Below, piece by piece: positions 18,768 to 24,777 of a stretch of DNA of 24,777 nucleotides. How positions within the stretch are numbered: the first letter of the stretch is position 1; every line of letters begins with the position of its first letter. The position numbers and the translations under genes are program-made. Source of the stretch: an uncultured Muribaculaceae bacterium. GTDB taxonomy: Bacteria; Cyanobacteriota; Vampirovibrionia; Gastranaerophilales; Gastranaerophilaceae. Below the pieces are notes generated by a model that had not been told where the DNA came from, searched no databases, and saw only the letters and a list, made by a program, of their open reading frames with translations. The stretch is from contig CAZNLZ010000001.1 of NCBI GenBank assembly GCA_964574225.1, positions 1 to 24,777 of the forward strand, written 5' to 3'.

Positions 18768-21767
18768 ATGGAAAAGAATTTTTTTATTGGACAGAATCAA
18801 CTTGCAAAAGCAGGTGAAATTGCCGCTATTAAAAAGACAGGCAGTAAGAATACATATTATTTAAAACAGGCTGGTAAAAAGGACAGCTTTACTTTAACGA
18901 ACAAATCAGAAATTCGCAAGGAGTTTGAAGAAGTAAAGAACCAACAAGGTCTTATAGGAAAAGCTTGGGACGGATTTAAAAATCTTTTTGGAATGAAATC
19001 TGGCTCAAAGCACGTTGAAGAAATAATTAAAAAAGCAGAAAAAGGCGAAATAACACAAGAAGAAGCAAAAGAAGCAATCGCAAAATACAAAGACGGACAA
19101 AATACTTCCGTTGACGTTGTGGCAGACGTTACTTCTGGTATTTTATCAGTATTAGCCTTCACGTTAGCAGTTCCAACGGGAGGTGCTTCTCTTGCTATTG
19201 GTTTAGGTCTTGCAACAGCAGTTGGTGCAGGAATAAAAGTTGGTGTTAAAGCAACAGACGCATTAACAACAGGAAAAGAATATAAAGGAAAAGATTTATT
19301 ATATGATACCGTAACAGGTGGAATTAATGGTTTATTAGGCCCAATCACAAATGGTGTCGGTAACACTGTAACAGCAACTATTGGGAAACAAATTACAAAA
19401 ACAGTGGTAAAAGAAGGCGCAGAAGAAGTTGCCGAACAAGCTGTAAAACAAGGCATTAAACAAACAGCTAAAAATGTTATCTTAAACCAAACAGTAAATT
19501 TAACTGGCGGAACTGCTGCACAAAGAGCACTTGCAATTGGAGCAGGCATGGCTGTTGATGGGGCATTGGGTGGAGCTACTGATAACATGACTAGAGCTGC
19601 TCTTAATGGCGAAAATGTTCTTAAAGCAGGTGTTGAAGGCGCTATCGGCGGTGCTATTATGTCACCTATCATTGGTGGCGGATTTAACCTCGCAGGAAAA
19701 GCTGGTCACGCAATAAACAATAAAATCACAACAAAAATTATTCTTCCTGATGGAATAAAAACAAAATTTAAACAAGGCAGTATTGGCGACTGTGCACTAC
19801 TATCAACAATCGATGGTATGATGAACAATCCAAAAACTGCAAAAGCATTCAAAAAATCCATAACAAAAACTGTAGGTGGCGACTATAACGTAAAAATCGG
19901 CGACCAAATTGTAAGAGTAACAAAAGACTCATTATCTGATGAAGTACTATCAGATAAAACTGGAATAAGAATATTTGAACAAGCATATAAGCAAATAGCT
20001 GGTGATATTGATGGTGGTTTTGCAGAAGTTGTAGCGCAACAATTTGGACTAAATCCAATTCATATCACCCAAGATTCAATTACAGATGAACTTTTAGACA
20101 ACTTAGCTAAAAATCAAGGTGAAACTGTTCTTTCTTTCGGGACAATTGTAGATACAGACGGCGCAATTGCAGCAGAAGGCCAAAGACATTATTTCACAGT
20201 TAAAAATATTAACGCAGAAAATAAAACAGTAACATTAACAAGCCCTGTTGATACATCAAAAACAATTGAATTATCTTATGAAGAAGTAAAAGCAGCTGGT
20301 ATTTCAATCGACGGTGGTAGTGTTAAAGAACTTGATTTGCCAACCATTGCAAGAAACACAAACGACGAAGTATTTCGTGCAAGTAAAACACAAGTTGATG
20401 ACCTAGCAGCAACAAGAGCAGCTGCGAGAGTAACAGATGACCCAGAACTACAAAGTGCCCTTATTAGAATGGCAAAAGAAGAAGGAATTGTTATAAGAAC
20501 AAAAGAAGATGCAATTCCTATATTACAAAGAATATATAGTGAAATAGATGATAAAAGAAATGTTGTTGTCCTTGATATTAACCCTCAAGATAATAATGGA
20601 ATGCCAAAAAGTAATAATTTAATATCAAGATGGTTCTTAGAAGCAAATGGTATGGTTGATGAACAACTTATTACTTTAACAAACAGAGAACTATACAATT
20701 CAAAACTTCTACAAGTAAGAGATATATGTTCTGAATGGAAACCAAAAGATCCTATTCATAAAAAAATACAAAAACAAATGCAAAAATTACAGGGCAATCC
20801 ACAAAACAACCCATTGAGTGTACAAAAAGCAAGAGAAATTATAGAAAACTGCAAAACGCTATCTCCTGATGAAATATTGCAAACATACTCAGAAGAAGAA
20901 CTAGCTCAAGCACTTGCAAAAATTAATTCATCTGCCATAACAACCGTAAATAAAAATGGTGGATATGCAGCAGCACTAGCAGAACAACTAAATGATGCTA
21001 TTTCAAAAACAAATGGAGAACCAATAACAATAGTTATACCAGATGATTGTTCTTTATCTGGCTCTAGTATCCTTTGTGATACCATAAAAATTCTAGATTT
21101 CTTATTTAAAAGAAACAATATAGAAACTGAAGTAAACATAGTTTTTGCACCAATGATTCTTGGCGACGAAGCACAAAAGGTTGTTTCTCAGTTCAATAAT
21201 CCTGATTTGCCAATAGATGACGCATTCTTGAAGAAAATCAATGCACTAAGAGCAGATGGAGAAGAAAGCTTTAAGGGCGCAAGAGAAGCATTTGAAAGAA
21301 TAAGAGGTCAAAAAAATGTTACTATTCAACTTTCAGATGAAAGCATAAAAGCAACCCACTTCACTCAAACAGAAACATTTAAACAAATTGGTGAAGAAAA
21401 CCCAATTTTACAACAACAATTATTATATTTGATGCAAGGACCAATGGATGGCGATAACGCACTATTTGGTGGTTTTGGAAAATGCGGAGTTATGGTTGTT
21501 ACACCAACAGACGAATTCCAAATCGGCGATAAAATATATGCAGGGAAAATACCAACTAACTCTGTTGGGTTTATGGAAGTATTAGGACAAGAATGCGGTG
21601 TATTAAACGATGGTATCCCAACTGATTCAAAAGGGGTATTCACTAAAGGTACAGGTGCTAAATATACAAGGTACTGCGAATGGAATGGATTAAGCCACCC
21701 AACAACAGAATCTGATAGAATTCCAATCCAAATAAAAAATGGCATTGTACAGCCAAAATCGGCATAA
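18768..21767 (+). CDS. 999-aa multidomain protein: Gly/Ala-rich hydrophobic region, calpain-like (C2) cysteine-protease domain and phosphoribosyltransferase-like domain
   Basis: QGSIGDC (Cys342), RHYFTV (His474), TLTSP, IVIPDDCSLSGSS (D759-D760), and GGFG...PTNS. Confidence 0.65.
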   Translation: MEKNFFIGQNQLAKAGEIAAIKKTGSKNTYYLKQAGKKDSFTLTNKSEIRKEFEEVKNQQGLIGKAWDGFKNLFGMKSGSKHVEEIIKKAEKGEITQEEAKEAIAKYKDGQNTSVDVVADVTSGILSVLAFTLAVPTGGASLAIGLGLATAVGAGIKVGVKATDALTTGKEYKGKDLLYDTVTGGINGLLGPITNGVGNTVTATIGKQITKTVVKEGAEEVAEQAVKQGIKQTAKNVILNQTVNLTGGTAAQRALAIGAGMAVDGALGGATDNMTRAALNGENVLKAGVEGAIGGAIMSPIIGGGFNLAGKAGHAINNKITTKIILPDGIKTKFKQGSIGDCALLSTIDGMMNNPKTAKAFKKSITKTVGGDYNVKIGDQIVRVTKDSLSDEVLSDKTGIRIFEQAYKQIAGDIDGGFAEVVAQQFGLNPIHITQDSITDELLDNLAKNQGETVLSFGTIVDTDGAIAAEGQRHYFTVKNINAENKTVTLTSPVDTSKTIELSYEEVKAAGISIDGGSVKELDLPTIARNTNDEVFRASKTQVDDLAATRAAARVTDDPELQSALIRMAKEEGIVIRTKEDAIPILQRIYSEIDDKRNVVVLDINPQDNNGMPKSNNLISRWFLEANGMVDEQLITLTNRELYNSKLLQVRDICSEWKPKDPIHKKIQKQMQKLQGNPQNNPLSVQKAREIIENCKTLSPDEILQTYSEEELAQALAKINSSAITTVNKNGGYAAALAEQLNDAISKTNGEPITIVIPDDCSLSGSSILCDTIKILDFLFKRNNIETEVNIVFAPMILGDEAQKVVSQFNNPDLPIDDAFLKKINALRADGEESFKGAREAFERIRGQKNVTIQLSDESIKATHFTQTETFKQIGEENPILQQQLLYLMQGPMDGDNALFGGFGKCGVMVVTPTDEFQIGDKIYAGKIPTNSVGFMEVLGQECGVLNDGIPTDSKGVFTKGTGAKYTRYCEWNGLSHPTTESDRIPIQIKNGIVQPKSA

Positions 21768-21820
21768 CGGCTTTGATTTTCTCTCTAAATCGTGTAAAAT
21801 AAATAATAAGGATTTAACAA

Positions 21821-22462
21821 ATGATTCTAAATAGCAATAAAATAAGTTTTAAACCAACAAATAGGACTCAACAAGTGACACTTCCTGATAAAAAAATTAT
21901 AGATGACTTATCTACACGACTTAAAAGTGGAGAACAATCAGCTCTTTCATATATTAAATCACTTAACGAATTTAAAGAAGACAATAATGGCATTGTAATA
22001 TACAACCCTCAAAATGGTTCGTATATATATGGGAATTACTATGTTGTGCCTGGCTACATAGATAAAAGTTCAAAATTCTTTGATAATCTTAGATTTTTAA
22101 ATAGAGCAGGTTTTTGTAAAACATCAGCACCAGAGCTTGTTGATTGCCATCAATCTGGCGACAAAAATTTTGGAGTTATCATATATAAACTAAATGATAC
22201 AGAGGGTGGTATTTTACTTCCATACTTAGACGTAAGTTCTGAAATACCAATTGAAAGAAAAGAACGCTTCCTTGACGAGCAAGTTGTTTTACTAAAAAGC
22301 GCATCTTTATATAATCCTGCGGTAATGGAAGACCAAAGAGCTTGGGGTGTAACTCCTGATACTAAAAATATATATGTTGATTCTTGGTCAAGATTAGAAA
22401 AATGTCCATCACCAGAACAAAAAAAGACATTAATTCAACGTTTAAGAAGTTTATTAAAATAA
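21821..22462 (+). CDS. Hypothetical protein with leader (MILNSNKISFKP), possibly a degenerate kinase-like fold
   Basis: AAGGA RBS and a TTGATT-N16-TAAAAT promoter-like sequence upstream. The fold assignment is weak. Confidence 0.6.
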   Translation: MILNSNKISFKPTNRTQQVTLPDKKIIDDLSTRLKSGEQSALSYIKSLNEFKEDNNGIVIYNPQNGSYIYGNYYVVPGYIDKSSKFFDNLRFLNRAGFCKTSAPELVDCHQSGDKNFGVIIYKLNDTEGGILLPYLDVSSEIPIERKERFLDEQVVLLKSASLYNPAVMEDQRAWGVTPDTKNIYVDSWSRLEKCPSPEQKKTLIQRLRSLLK

Positions 22463-22518
22463 CTTAACAAAAGCTCCTTTTATGGCAACTTATGTTTTTT
22501 AGAATAGTTACCTAAGAT

Positions 22519-23688
22519 ATGATAAATGTAGCATCTAAATCAGAACAAAATCCTGCAATCTATCTAAGTAGAATGCCAATGGAAACGATACAAAAGCAGC
22601 AAATAAACTTTAGTAATGATAACGAATGGGATATTTGCTATAAGTACAGTTATCCATACAATGTTTTATGCAATTTTTCTCCATCTTCTTTTGTACTAGA
22701 TGAAGTTAGCATTAATTCAATGGAAGGCTTTTTGCAGTCATTAAAAATTGCAGACCCAAAAGAACAAAGAAGCGTTTGCCAATTACCAGGTTTCCTCGCT
22801 AAAAAAGTAGGAAATTATATGAGAAGAAGTTCGCAATATGATGGCGTTCATTTGTATTGGAATGGCAGAGCAATAGATAGAAACTCAAAAGAATATCAAG
22901 AACTTTTAAATAAAGCATATAAAGCTAAATTTTCCTATGATAAAGATTTTAGAGAAATCTTAGGCGAATCAAAAGGAAGAAGACTTACTCATAAAATTGG
23001 AAAAACAGCTCCAGAAGAAACTGTTTTAACAGAAGAAGAGTTTATTAGCCATTTAGATGTTCTTAGACAACCAAAAACTTTATCTGACGTAATAGGGATA
23101 ATTACATCAACAATAAGAACATCTTTAGATGGCACAGCAAAAGCACCAAGTGCTACAAGAAAACTATCAAATTTAAAAACCACATTTATTAATTCTCACA
23201 CAATGTGTGGTGAAGATGTATTTAAAAAAGATACACCATCACTTAAAGAACTTAAAAAAGCTGGTGTAAAAAATGTAATACAAATTGGAGTTTCAGAAAA
23301 CGAACAAGCAACAAACAAAAATGCGGCTCAAAGCAACGGAATTAATTATTTCTGCCTAAATTTCCCTTGCGAAAATCCAGACAAATTTGCAAATGAAGAT
23401 TTAATAAATTTGATAAATATGTTGAATAGCGATGAAATTTCATACATTTGTTGTGAATTCAGACAAGATTGTAACCCTGTATTAGCCATAAATTATTTAT
23501 TTAATCCAAAAGCAAGTATTGCAGATTCTCTATTGTTTGGGGCACCAAGAAAAAAATTCGTACAAAATATTGCTTCTATCATTACAAAAAACATTACCCC
23601 AGAAACCAAAATGGAACTGGGGTGGAATGAAACATTCGAAGAAGGTTTACAAACACGTAAAACAATTCTTCAAGAAATAAATGGATAA
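22519..23688 (+). CDS. T4 gp30.3-like (NADAR superfamily) domain fused to a degenerate PTP/DSP-like domain
   Basis: LCNFSPSSFVLD..SMEGFLQSLK, LYWNG, LTHKIGK and TVLTEEEF. The C-terminal part has LKKAGVKNVI...GINYF...YICCEFRQDC. Confidence 0.7.
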   Translation: MINVASKSEQNPAIYLSRMPMETIQKQQINFSNDNEWDICYKYSYPYNVLCNFSPSSFVLDEVSINSMEGFLQSLKIADPKEQRSVCQLPGFLAKKVGNYMRRSSQYDGVHLYWNGRAIDRNSKEYQELLNKAYKAKFSYDKDFREILGESKGRRLTHKIGKTAPEETVLTEEEFISHLDVLRQPKTLSDVIGIITSTIRTSLDGTAKAPSATRKLSNLKTTFINSHTMCGEDVFKKDTPSLKELKKAGVKNVIQIGVSENEQATNKNAAQSNGINYFCLNFPCENPDKFANEDLINLINMLNSDEISYICCEFRQDCNPVLAINYLFNPKASIADSLLFGAPRKKFVQNIASIITKNITPETKMELGWNETFEEGLQTRKTILQEING

Positions 23689-23689
23689 G

Positions 23690-24733
23690 TTACGCCGAAA
23701 TACTCTTCATTGCTTCTGCAATTTGAACAGACAAATCAACTTCTTTGATTTTGCCAATTGCATTAGGTTTTGAAGGCATACTATTTGTTACAATAATCTC
23801 TTTAATTGGAGCATCATTTAATCTTTGCATAGCTGGTCCATTAAATAAACCGTGAGCAGCGCATACATAAATATCTTTTGCACCGTGTTTTTTCAACATC
23901 TTTGAAGCTTCTGCAATTGTACCTGCTGTATCAATCATATCGTCAAATATAATACAGTTTTTACCTTCAACATCACCAATTAAGTCTTCTGCAGTTGCTT
24001 GATTGTGTGCTGCGCGGTGTTTATAAATAATCGCCTTATCACAATCCAAAGCTTTTGCTAGTTTATCAACTCTTTTTGTACCACCAAGGTCTGGGCTAAC
24101 AACAACTAAATCTTCAATTCCTTGTGATTTAATATAATCTCTCATTAATTCCATTGATTCTAAGTGTGTTACTCTCATATCATTAGAAACAAAACCTTGA
24201 ATTGCTGTTGCGTGTAAATCTGTTGTAATAATTTCATCTACACCTGCGGCTTTTAATAAATCCATATTAACTTTTGCAGCAATTGCTTCGCCTGGCTCTG
24301 TTTTTCTTTCTTGTCTTGCATAATCAAAACTTGGAAGAACTGCGATTACTTTGTCAGCACCAGCTCTTTTTGCAGCATCTGCTTTTAAATATGTTTCCAT
24401 CAAGTTATCATTAACACTATTTCCACCAACAGGCATTAAGTAAACATCTTTACCTCTAACCGGTCCAGCAATATTTACATAAGTTTCGCCATTTGCAAAT
24501 CTTTTTACTACTGTTTTTGTTGGTGTAACACCTAAATTACTTTCAATTTTTTTCTCTAATGGGGTTGGAGTTGAAGATGGGATAATCCCAATTTTATCCG
24601 CCAATGAATCTGCTCCTTTAAAGCAAAAAATATCCGCACTCGCTGGGCGTAGTGCGGACATTGAAACTTTATTTGCAGACACATTATTCTTCGGATAATT
24701 GTAAAACGGCTTTCCTAAAGCTGTAATTCGCAT
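23690..24733 (-). CDS. prs: Ribose-phosphate pyrophosphokinase (PRPP synthetase) with an N-terminal leader extension
   Basis: FANGE, YARQERK, DLHATAIQGF, VSPDLGG, DDMIDTAGT and HGLF motifs, plus an extra N-terminus of about 40 aa ending DIFCFKG. Confidence 0.92.
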   Translation of the reverse strand: MRITALGKPFYNYPKNNVSANKVSMSALRPASADIFCFKGADSLADKIGIIPSSTPTPLEKKIESNLGVTPTKTVVKRFANGETYVNIAGPVRGKDVYLMPVGGNSVNDNLMETYLKADAAKRAGADKVIAVLPSFDYARQERKTEPGEAIAAKVNMDLLKAAGVDEIITTDLHATAIQGFVSNDMRVTHLESMELMRDYIKSQGIEDLVVVSPDLGGTKRVDKLAKALDCDKAIIYKHRAAHNQATAEDLIGDVEGKNCIIFDDMIDTAGTIAEASKMLKKHGAKDIYVCAAHGLFNGPAMQRLNDAPIKEIIVTNSMPSKPNAIGKIKEVDLSVQIAEAMKSISA

Positions 24734-24777
24734 AAATACATCCTTTTCTTTGTTATTAACTAATACGCTAGTGTCTC

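Noticed and set aside
18857..19672. 271-aa antisense ORF
   Set aside because: It is the shadow of the Gly/Ala-rich part of the 999-aa gene and has no recognisable motifs.
492..23183. Other short overlapping ORFs in the track (60-130 aa)
   Set aside because: They lie wholly or mostly antisense or out of frame within well-supported genes and have no recognisable domains.

Overview
This is an AT-rich bacterial chromosomal window with 21 well-supported CDSs; I saw no RNA genes, CRISPR arrays or mobile elements. Gene content and protein style suggest a non-photosynthetic cyanobacterial relative (Melainabacteria/Vampirovibrionia, Gastranaerophilales-like), which is an inference only. Housekeeping and signalling genes are pilD, a SigB/F/G-type sigma factor, cdd, murA, an SLH protein, proS, a PilZ / HAMP histidine kinase / REC-HD-GYP c-di-GMP module and an M16 peptidase. 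They flank two accessory clusters at about 5.5-10.5 kb and 18.8-24.7 kb. The strongest signal is that 8 of the 9 unrelated proteins in these clusters share a polar, Asn/Ser/Lys-rich, mostly acid-poor N-terminal leader ending in a '[N/S/G/A/C]-F-[K/S/C]-[G/A/S]'-like motif; the ninth has only a related DSF motif. No housekeeping gene has this leader. The cargo behind it looks effector-like: a split HNH nuclease, a TPR-zincin, a Gly-zipper/calpain/PRTase-like 999-aa protein, a T4 gp30.3/NADAR-pseudophosphatase fusion, a possible pseudokinase, a duplicated membrane protein, and a PRPP synthetase that appears to lack its allosteric C-terminal tail. I infer a shared, non-Sec export or targeting signal marking an effector repertoire.
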